A stretch of DNA of 64,000 nt from an uncultured Alphaproteobacteria bacterium (GTDB lineage Bacteria; Pseudomonadota; Alphaproteobacteria; RF32; CAG-239): the NCBI GenBank assembly GCA_944390915.1, contig CALXRS010000006.1, positions 3,013-67,012 on the forward strand, given 5' to 3'. Positions within the stretch are counted from its first letter, which is position 1. Every line of letters begins with the position of its first letter. Position numbers and translations under genes: made by a program. The notes under the pieces were generated by a model. It was given only the letters and a program-made list of their open reading frames with translations, made no database searches and was not told where the DNA came from. Shown piece after piece: positions 31,194-40,065 of the stretch.

Positions 31194-31332
31194 AACGACC
31201 GTTTTTTTTGCCGGTTAATAAAATTATTCAATTACCATTTTGTTTTATGGAATTTTAATGCTTATCAAAAAATTATAAATACTTGTCCGGCACCAAAACC
31301 CCATGTTTTGTTCAGCAAAAAAAACGGTCGTT
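31194..31332. repeat. 16-nt perfect inverted repeat bracketing a 107-bp AT-rich segment upstream of the autotransporter
   Basis: aacgaccgtttttttt (31194-31209) is the reverse complement of aaaaaaaacggtcgtt (31317-31332). Imperfect similarity extends ~8 nt outward. Confidence 0.8.
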
Positions 31333-31447
31333 ACTTTTACCGGCCGTATTATACAATTAAAAGATTCAGAAATCAACCTTTTTCTCCCAAATGTCAAAGG
31401 GTGATCGTTCGAACAGATAAAGTTTTATAATATATTGAAAAACTAAT

Positions 31448-31492
31448 ATAAAAATCAAACCCGACAACCGGATGAAAGCCCGTTGTCGGGTT
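31448..31492 (-). terminator. rho-independent terminator of the substrate-binding protein gene
   Basis: The 11-bp stem aacccgacaac (31458-31468) pairs with gttgtcgggtt (31482-31492). A T-run follows on the minus strand. Confidence 0.7.
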
Positions 31493-31531
31493 GTGATAAA
31501 CAAAAATTGTCCAAAATTTCTTTTGCCGATT

Positions 31532-32581
31532 CTAGACGAACGGAACGGAAAACATCAGCCCTTTGTTTTTGAGCAGATTGTTTTCGTTGCGTTTGATTTT
31601 GAAAACCGATTCTTCGCCGAGATATTTTTCGAAAACTTCGCCATAGTTGCCGCTTTCCTTCAGGTAGGTTTGCAGCCATGTCGGCGAAAGTTTGAAGCGT
31701 TGCCACAGCTGTTGATCCAGCCCCAGCAGATTGCGGATTGAAGGATCTTTTGAACTGAGGTGGATATCAACATTTTTGGAGGTCAGTTCGTTTTCTTCCG
31801 CTTCTTTCAGGGCATTCATGGTCCATTTGACAATGCTTTGCAGGCTGCCGTTTGCCTTGTCGGCAAAAACATAGACCGGACGCACGGTGATGGTTTCGGG
31901 CAACATTTCCACATCGGAAACGCCGGCCGGACTGTTTACGACGACATCGCGCAAAATCATGGAATTTCCGGTCAGCAGCTGGCACCGGTGGAGCAAAAAG
32001 GCCTCTTTCGCGCTGCGGAAATTCGGAAAACGCAGCAATGAAAAACCAAGCTGATAGCGGCTGTTGTAAACCTCCAGTTTGGCCAGATCGTCGCTGTTGT
32101 TGACCACGCAGACTTTTTTGCCGCGGTAGGCTTCCATGGAGGTGGCGCCTTCTATTTTGCGAGCCAGAAAGACCTGGCGGTCATAATACCATACGTCGAC
32201 GGGCGTTGCGCGCGTGCTGATTTCCGTGGTTGCGGAAAAAGGCACCCCGCCGATCATAACGTCGATTTTGTTGGTATAAAGAGCATTGGAAACCTGGTTT
32301 GCCTCGAGCGGCACCATTTCTATGCGGTCGTTGCGGCCGAAGATGGCGGTCGAGAGCATTTTGCACAGTTCGACATCCATTCCCTGCCATTTTCCTTCGT
32401 TGTCGCGATATGTCAGAATTTTGTTGCCGGCGGCCGTTCCGCAAAGCACTTTACCGCGGGTGTTAATATGCTGCAGGCCGGGATTGGCGGCCAACGGCGT
32501 CGCTTCCGCCGCTGCGTTTTGCGCGGTCAAAGCGGCCAAAGCGAGGCATAACCATAATTTCAGTTTCATTTTTATAACCAT
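31532..32581 (-). CDS. periplasmic amino-acid ABC transporter substrate-binding protein (family 3, AapJ-like)
   Basis: 349 aa with a signal peptide (LALAALTAQNAAA) and an SBP_bac_3-like body. No permease or ATPase gene is adjacent. Confidence 0.7.
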   Translation of the reverse strand: MVIKMKLKLWLCLALAALTAQNAAAEATPLAANPGLQHINTRGKVLCGTAAGNKILTYRDNEGKWQGMDVELCKMLSTAIFGRNDRIEMVPLEANQVSNALYTNKIDVMIGGVPFSATTEISTRATPVDVWYYDRQVFLARKIEGATSMEAYRGKKVCVVNNSDDLAKLEVYNSRYQLGFSLLRFPNFRSAKEAFLLHRCQLLTGNSMILRDVVVNSPAGVSDVEMLPETITVRPVYVFADKANGSLQSIVKWTMNALKEAEENELTSKNVDIHLSSKDPSIRNLLGLDQQLWQRFKLSPTWLQTYLKESGNYGEVFEKYLGEESVFKIKRNENNLLKNKGLMFSVPFV

Positions 32582-32628
32582 TCTGTTATTATCAGATACA
32601 AGATAACAACACTATAAGGTATTTTTTT

Positions 32629-33279
32629 ATGAAAAGTAACTGTTTTTTACGTTTTGCCGTGTTTTTTATGCTGTTGCTGCCCGTGCCCCCGGTTTGCGCG
32701 GAAACTTTGACGGCGGAAGAAGCCCGTTCTTTTGCGGAAACGAGAGGACGCGAACTGTTGCAAACTTTTGCGGAAAAAGACGTCGCCGTCAAATACAAAA
32801 AACTCGACGAACTGTTTTTGAACTACATAGACTTGGATTATATTTCCCGATTCGTTGTCGGCAAATATTGGCGGCGGATGACGCCCGAACAGCAAAAGCA
32901 TTATCGGGAGCTTTTTACGCGCTACGCTCTCAACAGTTATAAGAGTTTTCCGCTTTCCTTCGGCGAGGACGAATTGAACTATTCCATTAGCGGTGTTAAG
33001 GCAGACGGCGAATATATGCTGGTGCAAACGGGGATAGACTATCGCGCAAGCGACGGAAAAATGTCGACTTTTCTGGTGGAGTTCAGGCTGCATAAGGTCA
33101 ACGGACGGATTATGCTGACGGATATCAAGGTGGCGGAAAGTTCGCTTATTTTGTCTTATCGTACCCGTTTTTACGAAATGATTGCCGAAGCCGACGAAGA
33201 AATGGAATGGTTTTTGGAAGATTTTGAGTTGCTTGCGGATTCCGTGCAGGTTGCGCTGCCCGAAGATGTCGCGCCCTAG
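32629..33279 (+). CDS. MlaC/Ttg2D-family phospholipid-binding periplasmic protein (paralog 1)
   Basis: 216 aa with a signal peptide. The family motif is FVVGKYWRRMTPEQQKHYRELF. Confidence 0.7.
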   Translation: MKSNCFLRFAVFFMLLLPVPPVCAETLTAEEARSFAETRGRELLQTFAEKDVAVKYKKLDELFLNYIDLDYISRFVVGKYWRRMTPEQQKHYRELFTRYALNSYKSFPLSFGEDELNYSISGVKADGEYMLVQTGIDYRASDGKMSTFLVEFRLHKVNGRIMLTDIKVAESSLILSYRTRFYEMIAEADEEMEWFLEDFELLADSVQVALPEDVAP

Positions 33280-33539
33280 GCATAAACATCGTTAAATTTC
33301 GGTTTGACGGTGCCGGTCGGTGATTCGACAAAAGGCGAAATGTTTTGTCTTCGGCGGCGGAGCGAGTCTTTGGTTGACGTCTTCGGCGGCGGAAATCGGC
33401 CGATCGAGATGCGCAAAAGAGCAAAAAAATTGTTGATAACTTGTTTTTTTGTCTGTTTTTGCCGTCAAAATGCTTTTTTTCCGGTAAAAGCTTTGATTTT
33501 GTTTGACTTGCCGGCAAAAATGTTTTTGAATTTTACCTG

Positions 33540-33564
33540 AGGCGGAAATCTGCCGCCTGTTTTT
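33540..33564 (+). terminator. terminator- or attenuator-like hairpin just upstream of the HU gene
   Basis: aggcgg (33540-33545) pairs with ccgcct (33553-33558), followed by GTTTTT. It lies ~25 nt before the hup RBS. Confidence 0.35.
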
Positions 33565-33590
33565 ACAACTTAATATTAAGGAGTTCTTCA

Positions 33591-33863
33591 ATGAATAAAA
33601 ATGAACTGATTGCCAGCATTGCCGCAGAAACGGGTTTGACCAAAACCGATTCTGCCAAAGCTTTGGATGCTTTTATTAATTCCGTTGCCGCTGCCCTGAA
33701 GAACGGCGACGAAGTTCGTCTGGTCGGCTTCGGCACATTCGGCGTGAGCAAGCGCGCCGCAACCACCGGCCGCAATCCCCGCACCGGCGAGACCATCAAT
33801 ATCCCGGCTCGCAAAGTTGCCAAATTCAAACCGGGTAAAGCTCTGCAGGATTCCGTAAACTAA
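33591..33863 (+). CDS. hup: DNA-binding protein HU
   Basis: 90 aa, MNKNELIASIA...GFGTFGVSKRAATTGRNPRTGETINIPARKVAKFKPGKAL, with an AAGGAG RBS. Confidence 0.95.
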   Translation: MNKNELIASIAAETGLTKTDSAKALDAFINSVAAALKNGDEVRLVGFGTFGVSKRAATTGRNPRTGETINIPARKVAKFKPGKALQDSVN

Positions 33864-33894
33864 TTTTTGCAGAAGATATTTTCATGAGTAATCA

Positions 33895-33920
33895 GGGCGG
33901 CTTTGGCCGCCCTTTTCGTT
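33895..33920 (+). terminator. rho-independent terminator of hup
   Basis: gggcggc (33895-33901) pairs with gccgccc (33906-33912), followed by TTTTCGTT. Confidence 0.75.
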
Positions 33921-34001
33921 GCAACCATCGGGACGCCGCAGACGACTGGACAAAAATATGTTTTTCTGTTAAAATATTCCCGAGATAAAGAAAGGGCAAA
34001 A

Positions 34002-35087
34002 ATGGCAGAACTTGATTCGGTAGAAAATGTTGCTGAAAAGAAAGCCGCGGCCGGCAAACCGGAACATGCCGGCGCGGAAGACTCCTGCCTTGAACAAAAG
34101 TTGGAATTGGAACGCCGGCTGTCGGTGCTGCCCAACACGCCGGCCGGAAGAAAGGTGCGGGCTTTCATCTCCGAGGTGGACGATTTTTTCAACCGGTGGA
34201 CCAGACAAAAAGAAACGGCCGACGCTCGCTACGACAAGCTGAGCGACGACGAAAAAATGAAATTGATTTTGAGCGCCATGGAAAGACAGCCGGAATTTTC
34301 CGGTTTGTCCGCTGAAGAAAAAATGCAAAAATTTGAAGAAAAGGTTGAAAGCAACCGGCAGGGCAACATGCAGGGAATGACTTTTGCCGAGGCCAGGGAA
34401 AAACTGACGGAGAGCACCGTTAAAATCGAGCTGTATAACCAACTTGCCGTTTCGTTCATCAATTCCCGTTTCAATCCCGATTTTGATCCGGCGCTGAATA
34501 AAGGCTATTGTACGGCGTCGATTATGCAATGCCTGCGCAAAGCGGACAAAAGCGGCGAACTCGACGCCATTTTCAACACCGATATCGAACGCTTAGCGCA
34601 TCCGGCAACGTTGTTCAAACATTTACAGGAAATTGAGGACGGCAAATATGCCGATCATGTATACAAAAGCGGCGAAAAAGGCTGCCCGCGGGTGCAGGAT
34701 ATTATCGACAAATTCGATATTAAGCCCGGAGCGCTGGTCTGCCTGACCATAAACGACGAGAAAAAGGCGGAATTACGGGAAGACGGCCACAATCATCTGG
34801 TGCTTTATACCGGCAAAAATCGGGAAGGGGAACATTGTTTTTACAGTTTTAACAACGATTTTAAGGACGGTAAGCTGAAAAACGCCAATGTCGGCTATGT
34901 GTGTGACAGTTGCAATATGTTTAAGGATATGATACGCGACTATCATCGGGTTTATGTCCGCGGCGGCTATATGGAAACGGCGGAAAACGGAGATGTGAAA
35001 ACAGGGAAGCTGCCAAAGCGTCGACAGCCGGCAAGCGAACTGCCCGCCGCCGGCGTTCTCGCCCATACGGTCGGCGGTCGCGACTGA
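34002..35087 (+). CDS. hypothetical protein with a possible papain-like Cys/His core
   Basis: 361 aa from the ATG at 34002; the ORF-track start at 33903 lies inside the hup terminator. There is no signal peptide and the N-terminal third is charged. GYCTASIMQC and DGHNHLVLY are candidate catalytic Cys and His. Confidence 0.45.
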   Translation: MAELDSVENVAEKKAAAGKPEHAGAEDSCLEQKLELERRLSVLPNTPAGRKVRAFISEVDDFFNRWTRQKETADARYDKLSDDEKMKLILSAMERQPEFSGLSAEEKMQKFEEKVESNRQGNMQGMTFAEAREKLTESTVKIELYNQLAVSFINSRFNPDFDPALNKGYCTASIMQCLRKADKSGELDAIFNTDIERLAHPATLFKHLQEIEDGKYADHVYKSGEKGCPRVQDIIDKFDIKPGALVCLTINDEKKAELREDGHNHLVLYTGKNREGEHCFYSFNNDFKDGKLKNANVGYVCDSCNMFKDMIRDYHRVYVRGGYMETAENGDVKTGKLPKRRQPASELPAAGVLAHTVGGRD

Positions 35088-35281
35088 TTTGGCGCAAAAC
35101 CCAAGCCGCCTGATAAAAGCACCGGCACGGAAACCCGAATTGAAGCATGTATAAATAAAATAATGCGGTATATTGGCCGCAAGGGCTGTTCTGCCGCAAT
35201 AGATCGTCATATTGAAGGTTATGCTGCTGCTTTGCGGTCACTCCGGATAAACGAGCTCGCTGTGGCAAAAATTCCTTTTTG

Positions 35282-35341
35282 CGTCGCCGTCCGCCGCTCC
35301 TTTTTCTTTTTTCTCCGTCGCCGTCCGCCGCTCCTTTTTCT
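35282..35341. repeat. 26-nt perfect direct repeat (34-nt period, two copies)
   Basis: cgtcgccgtccgccgctcctttttct occurs at 35282-35307 and 35316-35341. It is intergenic, between convergent genes. Confidence 0.8.
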
Positions 35342-35479
35342 TGATGCCGCCCCTTCCTCTCTCTTTTCCGCTCCCTTCTTTCTTAAATAACGCCGGCATG
35401 CATTTAATTGCATCTCGTCACGATCATTTTTCGGCGCCGATTTTTGTACGGCTCAAAAGCCTGCTTGTTTTTGCTGAAA

Positions 35480-35731
35480 TTAAGATTGCTCCGGGGCGGT
35501 TGGGGCGCTGTCGGTGTTTTCTTCCGTTCGGCCGCGGCGGATTTGGTCTTTTTCTTTATTGATGGCGCGGCGGGTGTCGTCTATCAATTGTCCCGTGCCG
35601 TCGGCAATATTGGTGCCCACTTCCGCAACCGTGCTGTCACGGGTTATCTGCCCGTCATAAATTCCTTTGCCGAGGAGAAAAACCACGATTATCACCGCAA
35701 TATAAAACAAATATTTCAATATGGTTCCCAT
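35480..35731 (-). CDS. small membrane-anchored protein (hypothetical)
   Basis: 83 aa from the ATG at 35731 after GGAGAAG. It has one N-terminal TM helix (ILKYLFYIAVIIVVFLLG) and a charged tail. Confidence 0.45.
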   Translation of the reverse strand: MGTILKYLFYIAVIIVVFLLGKGIYDGQITRDSTVAEVGTNIADGTGQLIDDTRRAINKEKDQIRRGRTEENTDSAPTAPEQS

Positions 35732-35958
35732 TTCTTTGCTTCTCCGATAAATTTTGCTTGTGATAATCATATATAACGGGGTTGAGGATTTTAAACCGCG
35801 ACGCGGCAATAAACATCAAAAAAAACAGCAAAAAACGGATGCAATATATATTTTGCCCCAACGAAACAAGCCCCCGGGCGGGGGCTTGTTTCGGTAATTT
35901 GCGCAAATCGGCACCGCAGACAACGGCGCAGCAAACGCCGGCTTTGACGGGTCTCGGA

Positions 35959-36570
35959 CTAGTTTTGCGCCAGTTTTTGTTTCAGGTTTTTTATCAGGCC
36001 GGCAACGCCGTCGGGCGAATTTTTGATAAAGGCGGTATATTCGCTGCGGGCGGTAATGGCCAGACTGACGTTTTCGATAATGATGTCGACGATTTTGAAG
36101 TCATCGCCGTTCTGGCGTACGCGCCAGACAACCGCCGCCGGCGCGCCTTCGTCCATCGGCACTTGCGAGTTGACGAATATCTGGTTGGCGGTGCTTGAAG
36201 GCGAGGTGCCGTTAAAAACAAAACTCCGGCCTTTGAACTCGTCGAAGCGTTTGGACCAGGTTTTAACGTTCAGCTGCCGGTAGACGCTGATAAACTCCTC
36301 ACGTTCGGCCGGGGTGGCGGTGCGCCAGTAGCGTCCGAGCACAAACTGCCCGATATATTTGAGATCGAGCGCTTCGTTGAAAAGCTTGGCAAAACGGTCG
36401 TCTTTTTCCTGTTGCGATACGTTGGAATTGATGATGTCCGTCAGCCCTTCGTCGGTAATTTTCTTGACAAAATTCTCTGCTTTGGCGGCGTCGACCGCGG
36501 CCGCGGCGGAATGTGCGCCGAAAAATGCGGCAAAGGCAAAAACGGCGCAGGCGTAAAATATTTTTTTCAT
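35959..36570 (-). CDS. mlaC: MlaC/Ttg2D-family phospholipid-binding periplasmic protein (paralog 2)
   Basis: 203 aa from MKKIFYACAVFAFAAFFGAHSAAAA. The motif is FVLGRYWRTATPAEREEFISVY. It lies directly downstream of mlaA. Confidence 0.75.
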   Translation of the reverse strand: MKKIFYACAVFAFAAFFGAHSAAAAVDAAKAENFVKKITDEGLTDIINSNVSQQEKDDRFAKLFNEALDLKYIGQFVLGRYWRTATPAEREEFISVYRQLNVKTWSKRFDEFKGRSFVFNGTSPSSTANQIFVNSQVPMDEGAPAAVVWRVRQNGDDFKIVDIIIENVSLAITARSEYTAFIKNSPDGVAGLIKNLKQKLAQN

Positions 36571-36583
36571 CTTTTGGCTTCCT

Positions 36584-37345
36584 TTATTCATATTCAAATT
36601 CTTCGTCCATGTCAAAATCGAAATCGTAGCTGGCGGGGTCGGCGTCGCTGCCGCAGAGAGAATGGCCGTTTACTTTCTGCCGGTTTTGGATATAAGCCGA
36701 ACGGGCAGTGCTGTAAAAGTCCACCGAATTTTTTTGCAGATCATCCAGCAGGTCAAGCGAGCGTTCGCGGGCATTGATGGCAACCAGGGCTGCATAGCTG
36801 TAGGAGATTTTGTCGGCATAGTTTTTGTCGTTTAAGGGTCCCCAGTACATCGGGCTGGCAAAGGAATCCGCCGTGTAGGCTACCAGTGCGCGGGGGGTTA
36901 TCGGGCCGAGAAACGGTGCTACGAAGAAAGGTCCGTCGGGAATGCAATAATAGGCCATCGTGTCGTCAAAACCGGTGGTGTTGCGTTCAAGTCCCCAGCC
37001 GGCAGCCACGTCAAACAGGCCGCCCAAACCGAGCGTGGTGTTAATCAACAACCGACCGACGGAAACTGCGGCTTCTTTCACATTGCCCTGCAAAGTGTGG
37101 TTGACGGCCGAAAGCGGTTCACGCATGTTGTAGACAAACGAGGTAACCCGACTGCGGATGTCCGGCGTCGTTATGGCGCGGTAGCCTTTGGCCAACGGCT
37201 TTAAGGTATATTTGTCCAGCTGCATGTTGAAGTCAAAAACCGCCCGGTTATAGCTTTCGAGCCAGTCGTCGCCGTTTTCGGCGGCGGAGGCGGCCGGCGC
37301 CGCGCAGGCAACCAGAACAAATAACAATGCTGCAAATTTTGACAA
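36584..37345 (-). CDS. mlaA: MlaA/VacJ-family outer-membrane lipoprotein
   Basis: 253 aa with a signal peptide. The VacJ motif is SYNRAVFDFNMQLDKYTLKPLAKGY. Confidence 0.8.
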   Translation of the reverse strand: MSKFAALLFVLVACAAPAASAAENGDDWLESYNRAVFDFNMQLDKYTLKPLAKGYRAITTPDIRSRVTSFVYNMREPLSAVNHTLQGNVKEAAVSVGRLLINTTLGLGGLFDVAAGWGLERNTTGFDDTMAYYCIPDGPFFVAPFLGPITPRALVAYTADSFASPMYWGPLNDKNYADKISYSYAALVAINARERSLDLLDDLQKNSVDFYSTARSAYIQNRQKVNGHSLCGSDADPASYDFDFDMDEEFEYE

Positions 37346-37580
37346 GGTTGTTCCTTTCCTATCTTGTTAAATCGGCTGATTTCTGTTTGCTTAATATAGC
37401 AACACTAAAACTTAATATCAACGGGAAAAAAACGCCTGCTGGGTATAACTTTTGCTCCTGCCGGTCGCCGCGGCGCGACCGGGTGTTACAATCGGAAATT
37501 TTTTGTGTTTTGCATTTGCCGCGGTTCTGCCGTACTATCCACTCCAGTTAAAAAAAACTTTTTGATAAAGGAACAAAATA

Positions 37581-38741
37581 ATGACAAGCAAACCCAACAA
37601 ACCGATTATGCTGTTTGACTGCAAAACTTCCCAGTCCGTCATCGGGCGCGAAAAGTTTTTGCAGGCTTTTGAAAAAATCCTGGATCACGGCGCCTATTGC
37701 CAGGGACCGGAAACCCGCGAGCTCGACGCCAAACTGGCCGAATATTGCGGTACCAAACATTGCTCCACCTGCGGTTCGGGCACCGATGCCCTGACCCTTG
37801 CCCTGATGGCCTGGGGCGTAAAACCGGGAGACGCCGTGTTTGTTTCGTCGTTTACGTTCGTTTCTTCGGCGGAAGCTCCGGTTTTGCTCGGCGCAACCCC
37901 GATTTTCGTTGATTCCGATCCCGATACCTACAATATGGATCCCAAAGATTTGCAACGCGCCATCGACGAAGTCAAAAAAGAAGGCAAACTGAACCTGAAA
38001 GCCGTTATTCCGGTGGATATTTTCGGTTCGCCCTGCCAATATGACGAAATTATCAAAATCGCCCATGACAACGGCATGAAAGTTCTTTCCGATTCCTGCC
38101 AGTCGTTCGGTTCCGTCTACAAAGGCAAAAAGAGCTGCTCGATTGCCGATATGAGCGCCACTTCTTTCTATCCGACCAAGCCGCTCGGCGGTTACGGCGA
38201 CGGCGGCGCCGCTTTCTCCAATACCGACGAGGAAGACGCTCTGGTGCAGTCCTGCCGCGTCCACGGTATGAGCCCGGAAGACCACTATGACAATGTCCGT
38301 CTGGGCATGACCGGTCGTATGAACACTTTCCAGGCTGCCGTTTTGCTGCAAAAGCTGACGGTTCTCGATCAGGAACTGAAAGACCGTTTCCGCGTTGCCA
38401 GCCGTTATGACAACGAGCTCAGCAGCTATTTCGGCAAACAGAAGATTTTGGACGGCTGCCGCTCGGCTTACGCTCTTTATACCATTCATTGCAACGACCG
38501 CGACGAACTGATGTCGTTCCTCAAGGAAAACGGCATCCCCTGCGGGGCATATTATCCGCGGCCGGTGAACAAACAGACGGCCTATGCCGAATGGAACACG
38601 CGTTCGCTGCCGGTATGCGAAAATCTTTCGAAGACCGCGCTGTCCATCCCGATGACGCCGTATCTGGACGATGAAGATCTGGACTACATCATCTCCAAGA
38701 TGAACGAGTTTGCCGCCAAGAAGATGGATAAGGCAGCTTAA
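37581..38741 (+). CDS. DegT/DnrJ/EryC1/StrS-family PLP-dependent sugar aminotransferase
   Basis: 386 aa. Motifs are GTDALTLAL and SFYPTKPLG, the latter containing the PLP-binding Lys. Confidence 0.85.
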   Translation: MTSKPNKPIMLFDCKTSQSVIGREKFLQAFEKILDHGAYCQGPETRELDAKLAEYCGTKHCSTCGSGTDALTLALMAWGVKPGDAVFVSSFTFVSSAEAPVLLGATPIFVDSDPDTYNMDPKDLQRAIDEVKKEGKLNLKAVIPVDIFGSPCQYDEIIKIAHDNGMKVLSDSCQSFGSVYKGKKSCSIADMSATSFYPTKPLGGYGDGGAAFSNTDEEDALVQSCRVHGMSPEDHYDNVRLGMTGRMNTFQAAVLLQKLTVLDQELKDRFRVASRYDNELSSYFGKQKILDGCRSAYALYTIHCNDRDELMSFLKENGIPCGAYYPRPVNKQTAYAEWNTRSLPVCENLSKTALSIPMTPYLDDEDLDYIISKMNEFAAKKMDKAA

Positions 38742-38777
38742 AAAAACGAAAGGAATTTTTTCCGAATCGCAAAAACA

Positions 38778-38821
38778 CAAGCCTCCGGCCGATGAGAAAC
38801 GGTGCGGGGGCTTGCTTTTTG
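38778..38821 (+). terminator. rho-independent terminator after the aminotransferase gene
   Basis: caagcctccg (38778-38787) pairs with cgggggcttg (38805-38814) with one G-U pair, followed by CTTTTT. Confidence 0.6.
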
Positions 38822-39008
38822 CCGCAAAAAGGGAAACCAAAGCAATCAAAAAGGAAAACCAAAGCAATAAAGTGTAATTTTCTGTTTGAGAAAAAACAGG
38901 TATTATGCACATTGTTATGGGAAATAAAAATTATATATTGCCAAAGAATGGCAGATACTATACAGTCAAAAAAAATCAAAAATACAACTTTCTTTCAGAC
39001 GTGTTAAA

Positions 39009-40064
39009 ATGACTATACAACCCAAAATCAGCATTATTGTTCCTGTATATAATACGGAAAAATATCTGTCGCAGTGTTTGGAAAGCTTATTAAAACAGAC
39101 TCTGACGGAAATAGAGATTATCTGCATAGATGACGGTTCGACTGACGGAAGCGGAAAAATTCTGGAAGAATACAGACAAAAAGATGCGCGGATTATTGTG
39201 ATGAGACAGCAAAACGCCGGTCAAAGCACAGCCCGTAACAAAGGAATCAAAATTGCTAAAGGGGAGTACGTTTATTTCGTTGATTCCGATGACTGGCTTG
39301 AAAATGATTGTTGTCAAATATTGTATGAACGTGCGGAAGCTAACGGGTTGGACATGATTTCCGTGGCGGCAACCTCTTATAAGGAAGCAAGCGGTGAATA
39401 TGTGAACGAACCGTTTTATAATTTTTATTGGCTCGACAATAAAGAAGATTTCACCGTTTTGCCGCGGGAAGAATATCTTAAACATTGGTGGAAAATTGCT
39501 CCGACAGCATCGCTTACCGTTTATCGAAGAGCTTTTTTGCAACAAATAAACCTGTTGTTTGCGGAAGGATTGAAGTTTGAAGATTGTCTGTTTTTTAAGC
39601 AGGCTTTGTTCGCTACCGATAAATTCGGTGTATACCGCAGACCGCTTTATTTTCACCGTGTACATGCAGAAAGTACGGTTAATAACGGCGGCCGTCATTA
39701 TCTCGATTGGTTCACAATCAATGCCAAAATAAATGAACTGCTGGAAAAAAACGATATTTTGCAAAAACAAAGAGATATTTGGCTTTTTTCTACAGTCAGT
39801 TATTCTTTCAAGTTGTGGAACGGCATTAAAAAAGAGTTTCGGCGGGAATATTTTGAAAAAGCGCATGCCTTTTATACCACGCATTCCCCTTCGACCGGAT
39901 GGGTTATCAGTAGCCGAGTTTTGCGCAAATTTATGTATTCTTTACTGATAGCAAAGAGCTATTTTGCATTCCGGTTGTTGTATTTTTTGCCTAAAAAAGC
40001 TTCTAAGAAACATGTCAGCATAAGGATTTTCGGGGTTAAGTTAAAGTATAAAAAGGAGAAATAG
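39009..40064 (+). CDS. family-2 glycosyltransferase
   Basis: 351 aa. Motifs are ISIIVPVYNTEKYL, IDDGSTDGS and FVDSDD. The DNA is low-GC. Confidence 0.8.
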   Translation: MTIQPKISIIVPVYNTEKYLSQCLESLLKQTLTEIEIICIDDGSTDGSGKILEEYRQKDARIIVMRQQNAGQSTARNKGIKIAKGEYVYFVDSDDWLENDCCQILYERAEANGLDMISVAATSYKEASGEYVNEPFYNFYWLDNKEDFTVLPREEYLKHWWKIAPTASLTVYRRAFLQQINLLFAEGLKFEDCLFFKQALFATDKFGVYRRPLYFHRVHAESTVNNGGRHYLDWFTINAKINELLEKNDILQKQRDIWLFSTVSYSFKLWNGIKKEFRREYFEKAHAFYTTHSPSTGWVISSRVLRKFMYSLLIAKSYFAFRLLYFLPKKASKKHVSIRIFGVKLKYKKEK

Positions 40065-40065
40065 C

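Noticed and set aside
33903-34001. Longer N-terminal extension of the orphan gene (ORF-track start at 33903)
   Set aside because: That start codon lies inside the hup terminator hairpin (33895-33920). The ATG at 34002 is the more plausible start.
35282-35341. Possible CRISPR array
   Set aside because: There are only two repeat copies with an 8-nt spacer, and no cas genes are in the window.
38832-38868. Short direct repeat aaccaaagcaat x2 (23-nt period) at the left edge of the low-GC cassette, as a possible att site
   Set aside because: I found no matching copy at the right edge near 43655-43734, and it is too short to interpret.
37548-38912. 454-aa ORF on the minus strand covering the whole DegT-like gene
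   Set aside because: It is a mirror-frame ORF opposite a gene with clear family motifs (GTDALTLAL, SFYPTKPLG). It has no RBS or recognisable motif and a low-complexity Gly/Ala/Arg-rich translation.
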